A DNA stretch of 50,209 bases. Source: Candidatus Micrarchaeota archaeon (GTDB taxonomy: Archaea; Micrarchaeota; Micrarchaeia; Micrarchaeales; CABMGC01). The stretch's first letter is position 1; the number at the start of each line of letters is the position of its first letter. This document shows positions 8,724-19,210 of this stretch, in pieces. The DNA is taken from assembly GCA_027366155.1 (NCBI GenBank), contig DAHXKV010000055.1, positions 1-50,209 of the forward strand, written 5' to 3'. Made by a program: the position numbers and the translations under genes. A model generated the notes under the pieces. That model worked only from the letters and a program-made list of their open reading frames with translations, was not told the origin of the DNA and did not search any database.

Positions 8724-10096
8724 ACCAGATAAATTATCTTTTCAAACCAAAGAGTGTAGCAATAATTGGGGCATCAAGAATTCCTGGGAAGGTAGGCAAC
8801 ATAATACTGATGAACTACCTCAACGAGGGCTATCCTGGAAAGATATTCCTGGTAAACAAGAACGCGGATAGCATAATGGGCATGAGGTCCTACCGCCGCG
8901 TAACTGAGATAAAAGAGAGAATTGACTCTGCAGTAATAGCAGTGCCCGCAGAAGTCGTACCTGCGGTAATGGAAGACTGCGGAAAGGCAGGCGTAAGAAG
9001 CGTAGTCGTCGTAAGTGGCGGGTTTTCTGAAATAGGAAAAACCGACCTCCAGGACCAGATTGCAGGAATAGCAAAAAAATACGGCATGGCACTCATAGGA
9101 CCAAACTGCCTGGGCATAATGGACTCAAGGTCAAGGATAAACACCCTCTTCCTACCATCATACAAGCTTGCCAAGCCGCGCGTTGGAGGGGTAAGCTTTA
9201 TCGCGCAGAGCGGTGCAGTAGGGAGCGTGATACTTGACATGATAGCAGGAGAGGGCTTTGGCCTTTCCAAATTCGTATCATATGGAAATGCCGCGGGCTT
9301 GGACGAGACCGACCTGATAGATTACCTCATGGAAGACGAGGAGACGAAAGTTATTGTTATTTATGTAGAGGGAATAAAAAACGGGAGAAAATTCATCTCG
9401 ATGGCTAACAAGTTCAAGGGCAAAAAGCCGGTCGTAATCCTTAAGGCAGGCAGGACTGAGGCAGGCTCGAAAGCCGCCCACTCCCATACTGCCTCGCTCG
9501 CCGGAAACTACCAGACAAACGAGGCGGTCTTCAGGCAGTTCGGATTTACGATAGCTAACGATCTTTCCGACCTACTGTATTTTGCAAAAATCTTCGAATC
9601 GGAGGGCGAGCCAAAAGGAAACAGGATAGGCATAATAACCAATGGCGGCGGCGTCGGAGTGCTCACTACGGACGCCATCTCCTCCTCCAAAGGCATAACG
9701 CTCGGAGAGCTCTCCAAAAAGACAGCCGAAGATCTGCGCAAGGTGATGCCTGTCCTTGTAAACATAAGAAACCCGCTTGATCTGGCTGGCGACGCTGACG
9801 ATAAGAGGTACCATGACGCAATCTCGATGATGATGGAAGATCCTCAAATAGACATGTTGGTCGTAATAATACTGTTCCAGACTCCCGGCGGAGATTCAAG
9901 GCTTGCAAGTGAGCTTGTAAACATGAAAATCTCATCAGACAAACCTATGGTCGCCCTAAGCATAGGCTCTGCATACACCGAAATGCACAAGATGATGATG
10001 GAGGAATCAGGCCTGCCTGTCTACGATTCCCCAAGGTCGGTTGCACTCTCCCTTGAAGCCTTGCTTTCCTTCTACCAGTTCCGTAAGGGATGTTAA
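8720..10096 (+). CDS. acdA: Acetyl-CoA synthetase (ADP-forming), alpha subunit (CoA-binding plus CoA-ligase domains)
   Basis: The motifs are FKPKSVAIIGASR, GPNCLGIM, FIAQSGA, and the phospho-His loop AAHSHTASLAG. Confidence 0.8.
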   Translation: MNQINYLFKPKSVAIIGASRIPGKVGNIILMNYLNEGYPGKIFLVNKNADSIMGMRSYRRVTEIKERIDSAVIAVPAEVVPAVMEDCGKAGVRSVVVVSGGFSEIGKTDLQDQIAGIAKKYGMALIGPNCLGIMDSRSRINTLFLPSYKLAKPRVGGVSFIAQSGAVGSVILDMIAGEGFGLSKFVSYGNAAGLDETDLIDYLMEDEETKVIVIYVEGIKNGRKFISMANKFKGKKPVVILKAGRTEAGSKAAHSHTASLAGNYQTNEAVFRQFGFTIANDLSDLLYFAKIFESEGEPKGNRIGIITNGGGVGVLTTDAISSSKGITLGELSKKTAEDLRKVMPVLVNIRNPLDLAGDADDKRYHDAISMMMEDPQIDMLVVIILFQTPGGDSRLASELVNMKISSDKPMVALSIGSAYTEMHKMMMEESGLPVYDSPRSVALSLEALLSFYQFRKGC

Positions 10097-10105
10097 TCAA
10101 CATCC
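10088..10105. terminator. Hairpin spanning the overlapping stop codons of acdA and the Nudix gene
   Basis: GGATGTT-aatc-AACATCC. Both convergent stop codons lie in TTAA (10093-10096). Confidence 0.3.
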
Positions 10106-10563
10106 TCAACTGCTTCAAATGCGTCGAATGCAGCTGCCTTCACGTTATCGAATGTGTTCAGTTTCTGGATCTCCCCCTTTCCAATCCACCTGAATTTCTT
10201 TGTTTCGCCACTTCCGATCCCTGAAATATCTCCCTTGGAGGGAAAGGCGATATAAACCATGTCAAAATGCTCATGGTCCTCTGTGGGGTAATGCACGTTT
10301 TCGTATATTATCTTGAAAGGCCTCTGCAGCTCCACGGCTTCCTTTCCTCTTATTGTCTTCCGTGACCCAAACCCTGGTTCGTATAGCTCAACCTCTATGC
10401 CGGTCTCCTCCAGCGTCTCCCTTCTGGCAGCCACATCCGGAGACTCATTCTGCTCTACATGCCCTCCTGGATACATCCATACCTTCAATTTCTCGTGCCA
10501 GATGAAGAGCAATTCATGCCTGTGGAATACCAGCGTTGATGCGCATATGCATATCTTCTTCAT
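10093..10563 (-). CDS. NUDIX hydrolase
   Basis: The Nudix box is GGHVEQNESPDVAARRETLEETGIEV. The ATG at 10563 is preceded by GGAGGGAG, and an alternative ATG lies at 10578. It probably forms an operon with trpS. Confidence 0.8.
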   Translation of the reverse strand: MKKICICASTLVFHRHELLFIWHEKLKVWMYPGGHVEQNESPDVAARRETLEETGIEVELYEPGFGSRKTIRGKEAVELQRPFKIIYENVHYPTEDHEHFDMVYIAFPSKGDISGIGSGETKKFRWIGKGEIQKLNTFDNVKAAAFDAFEAVEDVD

Positions 10564-10605
10564 CTGAACTCCCTCCATAGTCTATCAGGCGCCTTTCCTT
10601 TAAGT

Positions 10606-11727
10606 TCACGCCTTCATCATGAAGTCATCAATATGTCCTTCTACCCTTTCCCTCTCTGCCCTGTGCTTCTCCAGAAACTTGTTTATCCTCGCAGAGAGCG
10701 CCTTCTTATGCTCTCCGGCAAGCATGCTGCCTCCCCTCTCCGCCGCAAATATCTTTTCCAATGCGGCATCATCTGGTTCAAACAGATACTTGTAATACTG
10801 GCATACTGAGCATTTGTCAGGGTCACCTCCGTACTTTCTCTGCAGTTCTGCTGTGGACTGTTGGCCTGTCAGGGCCCTGTTTACCTTACGCTCCACCTCT
10901 TCTTTCCTGTCGCTCAGGTATATTGCGCCATTCTCATCGCTTGAAGACATTTTAGGCTCGCCACGTAAGCCTGGGAGAAACCTGCTGTGCATTATTGCAG
11001 GCTTATAATAGCCAAGCTTCTCCACGACATCCCTTGCAACCCTAAAATGCACGTCCTGGTCGACTCCCAGAGGAATGAGGCATGGTATATTCCTGCCCTC
11101 CTCCACAGACTTAATGAATGTTCCGACGGCCTGGGTGCTCGTATAAAACAGGGCACCTATGTTGGTTTCATTAGTAAAGCCAAAGGCATCCTTTATTGTC
11201 GAGAATGTGATTCTCTTCGCCACCCTCACCGCCTGCTTGTATATCGTGCCCGCATTCTCAGTATTGAGGTATATCTTTGTTTTCTTGGGGTTGAATCCAA
11301 GCGCAGCTATGTCTAGCGCGTCCTCATGCGCAAGCTTGTTTATGCCTTCGAGGGTGATCTTCGGGTCATTCTTTATAAGGAATTTCTCCTCGTCAGGTAT
11401 CTGTATGTAGACATCCGCATCAAACTTCTCCTGAAGCCACTGCGCCATCATGAACGGGAGCAGGTGCGCAACGGTCATTCTGCCAGAGGGCGCAATCCCC
11501 GTATAAACATAAAAGCCGTTGCCCTTCTCATACTGATCCAAAAGCCATCCCAGTTCACGCTGCGCGAAATATATCCCTCTGCGTATCATGAAGTGGTTCT
11601 CTCCAGCGATAGCTTCCATCCTTTCCTGAAGCCGCCTGTCAAGAGGCATTATTCCGAATTTGCCTTCAAGCTTCTCGTAGTCCACAGTTCCTTTAACTTC
11701 GTAGGCAGTTACATTGAAATTTTCCAT
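10606..11727 (-). CDS. trpS: Tryptophanyl-tRNA synthetase (archaeal/eukaryotic type)
   Basis: The motifs are YTGIAPSG...AHLLPFMMAQWLQEKF, IQIPDEEKFL, and the KMSKS-equivalent PKMSSS. Size is about 373 aa. Confidence 0.85.
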   Translation of the reverse strand: MENFNVTAYEVKGTVDYEKLEGKFGIMPLDRRLQERMEAIAGENHFMIRRGIYFAQRELGWLLDQYEKGNGFYVYTGIAPSGRMTVAHLLPFMMAQWLQEKFDADVYIQIPDEEKFLIKNDPKITLEGINKLAHEDALDIAALGFNPKKTKIYLNTENAGTIYKQAVRVAKRITFSTIKDAFGFTNETNIGALFYTSTQAVGTFIKSVEEGRNIPCLIPLGVDQDVHFRVARDVVEKLGYYKPAIMHSRFLPGLRGEPKMSSSDENGAIYLSDRKEEVERKVNRALTGQQSTAELQRKYGGDPDKCSVCQYYKYLFEPDDAALEKIFAAERGGSMLAGEHKKALSARINKFLEKHRAERERVEGHIDDFMMKA

Positions 11728-11890
11728 AGAACCTTATTGAATTAGTAAGCCTAATCTATAAAGTCCATCTCTACCAATTCCAGTAACAATCCACAAGCAA
11801 GAACCCACAAGCAATCGGAGCAAACCAATCAAACCAAAAAACAGCTCTCCTCGCAGGTGTTACGTCTGGTGCTGTTTTTATTTCTAAATC

Positions 11891-11900
11891 TATTTAAACC
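11891..11900 (+). promoter_or_regulatory. TATA box / promoter of the rpoH-rpoB-rpoA operon
   Basis: TATTTAAACC lies about 30 nt upstream of the ATG at 11925. The same 14-mer, CTATTTAAACCTTT, recurs at 39678-39691. Confidence 0.45.
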
Positions 11901-11924
11901 TTTGCAATCTAATATACCTACGCA

Positions 11925-12197
11925 ATGCCTGCTCGGTTAGCGCTAATTTTTTCCTATGGTGTATTTTTGGCAGAAAAAAGGGAAAATGATTTTGTACCTG
12001 TGCACATTCTCCTAAATGAAAAAGAAACCGAAGACGTTTTATCAAAGATGAACCTTAGGCGGGACAACCTCCCAAAGCTTCTCTCCGAGGATCCCCAAGT
12101 GAAGAAAATCGGGGCGAAGGCTGGACAGGTCCTGAAGATATACAGAAAAGACGGAGAGCATGAGTACGAATACTATCGTACGGTAGTAGACGCTTAG
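11925..12197 (+). CDS. rpoH: DNA-directed RNA polymerase subunit H (Rpo5)
   Basis: The sequence FVPVHILLNEKETEDVLSKMNLRRDNLPKLLSEDPQVKKIGAKAGQVLKIYRK...YRTVV is Rpo5-like. It is the first gene of the rpo operon, and a TATA box lies about 30 nt upstream. Confidence 0.8.
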   Translation: MPARLALIFSYGVFLAEKRENDFVPVHILLNEKETEDVLSKMNLRRDNLPKLLSEDPQVKKIGAKAGQVLKIYRKDGEHEYEYYRTVVDA

Positions 12198-12205
12198 GTG
12201 CACCG

Positions 12206-13696
12206 ATGGCTTCGAATAGAAATGTATTGCTTGAATCATACCTGAGCGCAGCAGCCCTGGTACAGCACCAGATAGAAAGCTACAACAGGTTCCTCGAAAC
12301 CGGAATCCCCAAGGCGATGGGAGGTCAGACGATAATAGAGCCAAGCGTGGAAGGCTTTGCGCTGAAACTGGGCTCTGTAAGGATAGGCAGCCCTTCAGTC
12401 ATAGAGGCAGACAGCTCCAGGCGCAACATACTTCCAAATGAGGCAAGGCTGAGGAATCTCACCTATTCCGCCCCAATATTCATGGAAGTGGTTCCGGTAA
12501 TAAGGGGCATAGAAAAAACGGCATCGTACGGTGAGGTATATGTAGGAGACCTGCCAATAATGGTAAAAAGCAATTTCTGTGCAACGAAAACAATGACGCG
12601 TACCCAACTTATAGAAAACGGGGAAGATCCGGACGACCCTGGTGGCTATTTCGTAATAAAAGGCATCGAGCGCGTGCTCATCGGCCTCGAGGATGTCGCT
12701 TCGAACAGGATAATAACTACAAAGGAGAAGAAAGGCACCGAGGTAAAAGCCAGGGTCTTTTCATCCACTCCTGGATTCAGGGCACGCTGCGTAGTCACGC
12801 GCACCCAAGGTGGAATGTTCTCCGTAGATTTTCCTACTGTAAGCAAGAGCCTTGAGCTTGTACTGCTCCTGAAGTCCCTCGGCATGGAAGAAGAGGACAT
12901 AAAGAAGTACGCAAACGAGGTTCTTTCATTCAAAAACGACATGCTCCTAAACATAGAGCTGAGCCAGACCACTAAGGATGGCGGCATGGGTCCCGCAGAC
13001 GCACTCCTGGAAGTAGGAAGGCTTGCTGCGCCTGGACAAGCGAAGGAATACCAGATCAGGCGCGCAGAGATGCAGCTGGACAATTATCTCCTTCCCCATG
13101 TCGGCACAGATCCCAAGTCCAGGACAGAAAAAGGCAATTATTTGCTGGAGATGGCACGCAAATCCACCATGGTGGCAAACAGGCTTGTAAAGCAAGACGA
13201 TAAGGACAATTACGCAAACAAGAGGGTAAGGTTTTCAGGGGAGCTCATGGAGGAGCTATTCGCATACGCGTTCCGTTTCTTCCTCAAGGAAATAAAATAC
13301 CAAATAGAGCGGATGAGCGCAAGGGGCAGAAGGCTTTCAATCCAATCAATAATAAGCCCTGACACACTCACCGAAAAGATATCATATGCTATGGGTACTG
13401 GGACATGGGTAGCTGGTCAGACCGGTGTATCGCAGGTACTCGACAGGACAAACCTTATAAGCACATATGCACACCTGCGCAGAATAAAGTCTCCGCTTGC
13501 AAAGAAGCACCCACATTTCAAGGCAAGGGACGTGCATGGAACACAGTGGGGCAAGGTCTGCCCATCAGAAAGCCCGGAAGGCCAAGAAGTAGGACTTACC
13601 AAATACATGGCGCTCATGTCTAAGGTAACTGTTGGCGCAGACGAAGCGCTCACCGAGAAGGAGCTAAGGGAGATAGGAAAAATAGAATCACTATAG
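12206..13696 (+). CDS. rpoB2: DNA-directed RNA polymerase subunit B'' (N-terminal part of the split Rpo2)
   Basis: The sequence LVQHQIESYNRF...GYFVIKGIERVLI...RIKSPLAKKHPHFKARDVHGTQWGKVCPSESPEGQEVGL is Rpo2-like. AGGTG lies 6 nt upstream of the ATG. Confidence 0.95.
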   Translation: MASNRNVLLESYLSAAALVQHQIESYNRFLETGIPKAMGGQTIIEPSVEGFALKLGSVRIGSPSVIEADSSRRNILPNEARLRNLTYSAPIFMEVVPVIRGIEKTASYGEVYVGDLPIMVKSNFCATKTMTRTQLIENGEDPDDPGGYFVIKGIERVLIGLEDVASNRIITTKEKKGTEVKARVFSSTPGFRARCVVTRTQGGMFSVDFPTVSKSLELVLLLKSLGMEEEDIKKYANEVLSFKNDMLLNIELSQTTKDGGMGPADALLEVGRLAAPGQAKEYQIRRAEMQLDNYLLPHVGTDPKSRTEKGNYLLEMARKSTMVANRLVKQDDKDNYANKRVRFSGELMEELFAYAFRFFLKEIKYQIERMSARGRRLSIQSIISPDTLTEKISYAMGTGTWVAGQTGVSQVLDRTNLISTYAHLRRIKSPLAKKHPHFKARDVHGTQWGKVCPSESPEGQEVGLTKYMALMSKVTVGADEALTEKELREIGKIESL

Positions 13697-13706
13697 TGGT
13701 TGTTCG

Positions 13707-15527
13707 ATGGCAGAAAAGAAGACATATTTGCATCTTAACGGAAAAGCGATAGGCTTTGTTGAAAATCCTGAAAAGTTTATCGCTGAGGTCAGGCAAGCAA
13801 GGCGACGTGGCCAAATCTCAGGAGAGATAAATGTCGCATATTTTCCAAAGAACGACGAAATACACATAAATACGGACCGCGGACGCCTCAGAAAGCCGTA
13901 CATAATCGTGGAGAATGGCAAGTCAAAGATGACCCCCGAGCTGATGGATAAGATACAGAAGAAGGAAATAAACTACTCATATCTGCAGCGCAGCGGAATA
14001 ATAGAATACCTGGATGCGGAGGAGGAGGAAAACGCACTTGTCGCACTCAGTGAAAAGGAGATAACGCAGGAAACAACACACATAGAGGCAAACTACACCT
14101 CCATCTTCGGGTTTACCATAAACACCTCACCGTTCCCTGAGCACAACGCACTTGCAAGGCACGCGATGAGCGCTAACTTCATAAAGCAGGCAGAAGGACT
14201 CTACTCAACGAACTTCAATCAGCGGTTCGATTCAAGAGGCTACCTGCTTTACTATCCTCAGGTTCCTGTCGTCTCAACTGCTGCCTACTCGTCCACAGGA
14301 TTGGAAACCCACCCAAGCGGCCAGAATTTTGTGGTAGCCATATCTACCTACTACGGCTACAACATGGCAGACGCGATAGTGATCAACAAAGCTGCAGTGG
14401 ACAGAGGCCTAGGAAGAAGCTCATTCTACAAGTCATACAGCGACGAGGAAAGAAGATATCCGGGAGGTCAGCGAGACAGGTTCAAGATACCCTCCCCAAC
14501 CGCTGACGGATACATGGGCGAGCATGCATACTCAAAACTGAGCGATGACGGCATCATAGAGCCGGAAGTCGACGTCAGGGAAGGCGACGTGCTCATTGGC
14601 AAGGTGGCGCCTCCAAGGTTCCTTGAGGAAAACATAGGGGCAAGCGGCCTAGAGGAAAAAATGAGAGACGACTCCACTGTAATAAAGACCGGGGAGTTCG
14701 GAAAAGTCGACAGCGTGATACTCACCGAGACCTCCGGGGCCACAAAGATAGTAAAAGTTAGGATAAGGAGCGAGAGGGTTCCTGAAAAAGGAGACAAGTT
14801 CGCCAGCAGGCACGGGCAGAAAGGAGTGCTCGCATTGATAGTTAACCAGGAAGACATGCCTTTCTCGGAAACTGGAATAATACCAGACCTGCTCCTGAAC
14901 CCACACTCCATACCTACAAGGCTTACCTTCGGTCACCTGATGGAAATGCTTGCCGGAAAGGCAGGCGCCTTAGACGGCATACATACTGACGGGACCGCCT
15001 TTGCCGACGATGGTAAATCGCGTCTAAGCCTGTACAGCGAGATGCTTAAGCAGAACGGCTACGACGAACACGGAGACGAGACGCTTTACGACGGGATAAC
15101 CGGCACCCCGTTCAAGGCAAAGGTCTTCACCGGCGTAGTTTACTACAACAGGCTATACCACATGGTCAGCAATAAGATACAGGTAAGGAGCAGAGGCAAA
15201 GTGCAGATACTCACGCACCAGCCTACTGAGGGAAAGGCAAGACAGGGAGCCCTTAGGTTCGGGGAGATGGAACGCGACGCACTGATAGGCCATGGCGCAA
15301 GCCTCCTCCTAAAGGAAAGGATGCTGGACCAATCTGACAAAACCACTGTGCTCATATGCAAGGCATGCGGCGAAATAGGCTATTACGATCATGTGAAGCG
15401 CGCAAACGTCTGCCCTCTTGACGGGAACAGCCAGCTGGTACCTGTAGACATAAGCTACGCGTTCAAGGTGCTTCTTGACGAGATAAAGTCGATGCACATA
15501 ATGCCGAGGATAAGGATGAAGGAGTGA
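13707..15527 (+). CDS. rpoB1: DNA-directed RNA polymerase subunit B' (C-terminal part of the split Rpo2)
   Basis: The motifs are HNALARHAMSANF, GQNFVVAI, GDKFASRHGQKGV, RFGEMERDALIGHGAS, and a terminal zinc-ribbon region. Confidence 0.95.
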   Translation: MAEKKTYLHLNGKAIGFVENPEKFIAEVRQARRRGQISGEINVAYFPKNDEIHINTDRGRLRKPYIIVENGKSKMTPELMDKIQKKEINYSYLQRSGIIEYLDAEEEENALVALSEKEITQETTHIEANYTSIFGFTINTSPFPEHNALARHAMSANFIKQAEGLYSTNFNQRFDSRGYLLYYPQVPVVSTAAYSSTGLETHPSGQNFVVAISTYYGYNMADAIVINKAAVDRGLGRSSFYKSYSDEERRYPGGQRDRFKIPSPTADGYMGEHAYSKLSDDGIIEPEVDVREGDVLIGKVAPPRFLEENIGASGLEEKMRDDSTVIKTGEFGKVDSVILTETSGATKIVKVRIRSERVPEKGDKFASRHGQKGVLALIVNQEDMPFSETGIIPDLLLNPHSIPTRLTFGHLMEMLAGKAGALDGIHTDGTAFADDGKSRLSLYSEMLKQNGYDEHGDETLYDGITGTPFKAKVFTGVVYYNRLYHMVSNKIQVRSRGKVQILTHQPTEGKARQGALRFGEMERDALIGHGASLLLKERMLDQSDKTTVLICKACGEIGYYDHVKRANVCPLDGNSQLVPVDISYAFKVLLDEIKSMHIMPRIRMKE

Positions 15528-15531
15528 TAAT

Positions 15532-18111
15532 ATGCAGGCTGAAGCAATAGACCATATAAAATTCGGGATAGTCTCTCCTGACGAAACAAAGAAGATAAGC
15601 GTAGTCAAGCTTACCATACCTGACACATACAACGAAGATGGCTATCCTATCGATGGAGGCCTCCTCGACCAGAGGCTGGGTGTCATAGACCCTGGGCTCA
15701 TATGCAAGACCTGCGGCTCACGTGCAAAGACCTGCCCTGGCCATTTCGGCCACATAGAACTAGTAAAGCCCGTAATCCACTCTGAATTTTCAAAGATAAT
15801 CTACATGGTCCTTCAGGCAACATGCATGAGCTGCCACAGAATCCTCCTCAACGAAGAACAGATAGCAGAGCTGAAGAAGAAAGAGCTAGAGTCTGCGGAT
15901 GCACAGGCTTCCGACGCTCTTCAGATCCAGCAAACGGAGCAGGAGAAACAGGACGGTGAGCAGGCCTCTCAGCAGAACAAGAAGGCAAACAAGATAAAAC
16001 GGACAAAGAGATGCCCATACTGCAATGAGGAGCAGCCAAAGCTCAAGTTCTCCCAGCCCACATACTTCAATGTTGGGGACAACCGGCTCAAGCCAGACGA
16101 AATAAAAGACATGCTTGGAAAGGTGAGCGACGAAGACCTGCGGCTCCTAAACATGGATCCTAAGAACAGCAGGCCCGAATGGCTCATACTAACCTCGCTC
16201 CTCGTTCCTCCTGTGAACGTAAGGCCCAGCATAACACTCGAGTCCGGAGAAAGGAGTGAGGACGACCTCACGCACAAGCTCGTAGACATAATGCGCATTA
16301 ATCAGAGGCTGGAGCAGAACATAAACGCCGGCGCGCCGCAGATCATAATAGACGACCTCTGGGAACTGCTCCAGTACCACGTCACTGCATATTTCAACAA
16401 TGAAACCTCAGGAATACCACCTGCAAGGCATCGGAGCGGCAGGGCGCTCAAGACCCTCGCACAGAGGCTTAAGGGCAAGGAAGGCAGGTTCAGATACAAC
16501 CTAAGCGGCAAACGCGTAAACTACTCCGCAAGAACGGTCATAAGCGTAGATCCCTATCTTGACATAAACGAGGTCGGAGTGCCGCAGGAGATAGCAGAGA
16601 AGCTCACAGTACCTTTCTACGTAACTGCATGGAACCTTGAGCACGCGAAAGAGCTCATACAGAGGACCTCCTATCCCATAATACTGAACGTGATAATGAC
16701 AGACGGCAAGAGGATAAGGCTAATTGACGCGAACAGGGAAGAGGTCATAAAGAGCATCGTGCCGGGCATTATAATGGAAAGGCAGATAATTAACGGCGAC
16801 ATGGCCCTGTTCAACAGGCAGCCTTCCCTGCACAGAATCTCGATTATGGCACACAGGGTGCGTGTCCTTCCGGGCAAGACTTTCAGGATAAACTACTGCA
16901 CAACCGCTCCATACAACGCCGACTTCGACGGAGACGAGATGAACTTGCACATGCCGCAGACGCTCGAGGCACAGGCCGAGGCGAGGCACCTGATGGAAGT
17001 GCAGTACCAGATATTCTCCCCACGCGACGGCTCAGCTATAATAACAAACAGCGAAGACGGGATAAGCGGCATGTTCGCGCTTACCTCTGAGAACAACAGG
17101 CTGTCAAAAGACCAGGCCTGCTACTTGATGGGCATATGTGGCATATACGAGCTCCCCAAGGCGGAGCGCGACGGCACATACGACGGAAAGGCAATATTCT
17201 CGATGATACTGCCCAAGGGCCTTGAATACGGACAAGAAACCGCCAACGGGCAATTTGTTATAAAGAACGGCAAGCTAATCCAGGGCGTAGTAACAAAGGA
17301 GACTTATGGAAGGGACAACGGCCTATTCATAAGGATTGCAATGGACTACGGATATGACGAGCTCAGGAAGTTCATATATATATCTTCAAAGCTATCTGAC
17401 GCTTACGTAACACTCGCCGGAGTGACTGTAGGCGTAAAGGAATACGCAATAGACAGCAGAACGGAGGAGGAGAAGGAACGCATCCTAAAGGAAACCTTTG
17501 CAAAGGTCGAAAGCCTGATAAGCGACTACAAAACCCGAAAGCTCGAGCCACTCATTGGATATACGCTGAAGGAATCCCTCGAAAGGATGATAATAGCGGA
17601 ACTCAACCTTGCAAGAAGCAAAGCTGGCGAGTACCTTGCCAAGCATTCAGATGCGTCAAACAGCGCAGTCCAAATGGCCCGCTCAGGATCAAGGGGAAGC
17701 ATACTTAACCTAGAACAAATGTCGATGTTCCTTGGCCAGCAGGCCACACTCTCCGGAGGCAGGATAAAGCGCGGCTATTACACCAACAGGCTGCTGCCGC
17801 ACATCAGGCCAGGAGACGTAGGTCCTTCAGCACGCGGTTTCATAATAACGAATTACTATGGGGGACTATCTCCGGTAGACCTGTTCAGCCACGCGGTAGG
17901 GTCTAGAGGTTCAGAGGTATACAAGGCCTTGCTAACGGGAAGGTCCGGATACCTATACAGGAGGCTCTCAAACGCCCTTCAGGACTACTACGTAAACAAA
18001 GACATGAGCGTTAGGGACATAAACAACAACATAATCCAGACAATATATGGTGGAGATGCGATCGACCCGGTAAAGACGCAGTTCGCACGCATGGCTGAAG
18101 AGGAGGAATGA
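15532..18111 (+). CDS. rpoA1: DNA-directed RNA polymerase subunit A' (Rpo1N)
   Basis: It has a zinc site [20 protein letters not shown], the catalytic [12 protein letters not shown], and [15 protein letters not shown]. Confidence 0.95.
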   Translation: MQAEAIDHIKFGIVSPDETKKISVVKLTIPDTYNEDGYPIDGGLLDQRLGVIDPGLICKTCGSRAKTCPGHFGHIELVKPVIHSEFSKIIYMVLQATCMSCHRILLNEEQIAELKKKELESADAQASDALQIQQTEQEKQDGEQASQQNKKANKIKRTKRCPYCNEEQPKLKFSQPTYFNVGDNRLKPDEIKDMLGKVSDEDLRLLNMDPKNSRPEWLILTSLLVPPVNVRPSITLESGERSEDDLTHKLVDIMRINQRLEQNINAGAPQIIIDDLWELLQYHVTAYFNNETSGIPPARHRSGRALKTLAQRLKGKEGRFRYNLSGKRVNYSARTVISVDPYLDINEVGVPQEIAEKLTVPFYVTAWNLEHAKELIQRTSYPIILNVIMTDGKRIRLIDANREEVIKSIVPGIIMERQIINGDMALFNRQPSLHRISIMAHRVRVLPGKTFRINYCTTAPYNADFDGDEMNLHMPQTLEAQAEARHLMEVQYQIFSPRDGSAIITNSEDGISGMFALTSENNRLSKDQACYLMGICGIYELPKAERDGTYDGKAIFSMILPKGLEYGQETANGQFVIKNGKLIQGVVTKETYGRDNGLFIRIAMDYGYDELRKFIYISSKLSDAYVTLAGVTVGVKEYAIDSRTEEEKERILKETFAKVESLISDYKTRKLEPLIGYTLKESLERMIIAELNLARSKAGEYLAKHSDASNSAVQMARSGSRGSILNLEQMSMFLGQQATLSGGRIKRGYYTNRLLPHIRPGDVGPSARGFIITNYYGGLSPVDLFSHAVGSRGSEVYKALLTGRSGYLYRRLSNALQDYYVNKDMSVRDINNNIIQTIYGGDAIDPVKTQFARMAEEEE

Positions 18112-18115
18112 TAAT

Positions 18116-19168
18116 ATGGCATCCAGCGAAAAAAAAGATAAAAACTCAAGATTTGCGGTAAACTATGGCGAACCCGTAGGCATGATTGCGGCACAGTCCA
18201 TAGGAGAGCCAGGCACGCAGATGATTCTCAGGACATTCCACTATGCAGGCATAGAGGCTACCATTGCAACCTCTGGCCTTCCGCGGATAGTAGAGCTTGT
18301 TGACGCACGCAAGAAGCCCGCAACCCCTATAACGCACATCTACCTTAATGCAGAAGCACGCAAGAACTTCGAGAAGGCCGAGCAGGTAGCAAAAAAAATA
18401 AACGAGGTAAACATGGGCACAATAACGAGAAGGGCAATAGAGAGCTTCTCCAAGGGTGCAATAAAATTAATCCTGGACGAACAATCCCTCTCTGCAAACG
18501 ACCTCACACCGGCTCAGGTAGTCCAAAGGCTGATAAAGACCATGGCGCTTGATGCGCATGCAGATGAGGATGGAAACATCATAGTAAAGCTGAAGACTAC
18601 TAACCTTGCCGAGATAAGGCAGACAAGCGTCAAGATAATGAAGAAGACCATCCAGGGAGTCGAGGGCGCCGGCAAGGCAGTGCTCCAGCGGAGTAAAGAC
18701 GGCGAATTCTACGTAGTTGCCGCCGGAAGCAACATAGAATCGATAATAGATGTGGAGGGAATAGACAAGTCAAGGCTTTACACTAACGATGTTTTCGCAA
18801 TGTACCGGCTCTTCGGGATAGAGGCTGCAAGGAACACGATAGTGAACGAGCTCAAGGCAACCCTCGACGAGCAGAAAATAGACGTCGACCCAAGGCACAT
18901 AATGCTTGTTGCCGACGCGATGACTTATTCGGGCTTTGTAAAAGGCGTCGGAAGGCATGGTCTCTCTGGCCAAAAGAACTCGGTCTTCGCCAAGGCGGCC
19001 TACGAGGAGACTATAAAGCACCTTGTAAACGCAGCCGCATTCGGAGATGTTGACCCGATGCGTGGCGTGACTGAAAACATCCTTGTGGGAAAGCAGATAC
19101 CGATAGGTACAGGCTCTGTAAGGCTTGCGATCAAGAAGGAAGACATGAAAAAGACAAAGCCTTCGTGA
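18116..19168 (+). CDS. rpoA2: DNA-directed RNA polymerase subunit A'' (Rpo1C)
   Basis: The motifs are [48 protein letters not shown] and [10 protein letters not shown]. Confidence 0.95.
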   Translation: MASSEKKDKNSRFAVNYGEPVGMIAAQSIGEPGTQMILRTFHYAGIEATIATSGLPRIVELVDARKKPATPITHIYLNAEARKNFEKAEQVAKKINEVNMGTITRRAIESFSKGAIKLILDEQSLSANDLTPAQVVQRLIKTMALDAHADEDGNIIVKLKTTNLAEIRQTSVKIMKKTIQGVEGAGKAVLQRSKDGEFYVVAAGSNIESIIDVEGIDKSRLYTNDVFAMYRLFGIEAARNTIVNELKATLDEQKIDVDPRHIMLVADAMTYSGFVKGVGRHGLSGQKNSVFAKAAYEETIKHLVNAAAFGDVDPMRGVTENILVGKQIPIGTGSVRLAIKKEDMKKTKPS

Positions 19169-19179
19169 TTACACTAATC

Positions 19180-19187
19180 TTTATATT
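19180..19187 (+). promoter_or_regulatory. TATA box for the NPP-like gene
   Basis: TTTATATT ends 24 nt upstream of the ATG at 19211, inside the 42-nt spacer after rpoA''. Confidence 0.45.
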
Positions 19188-19210
19188 CCTTCAAATCACA
19201 TCTGCCTGTT

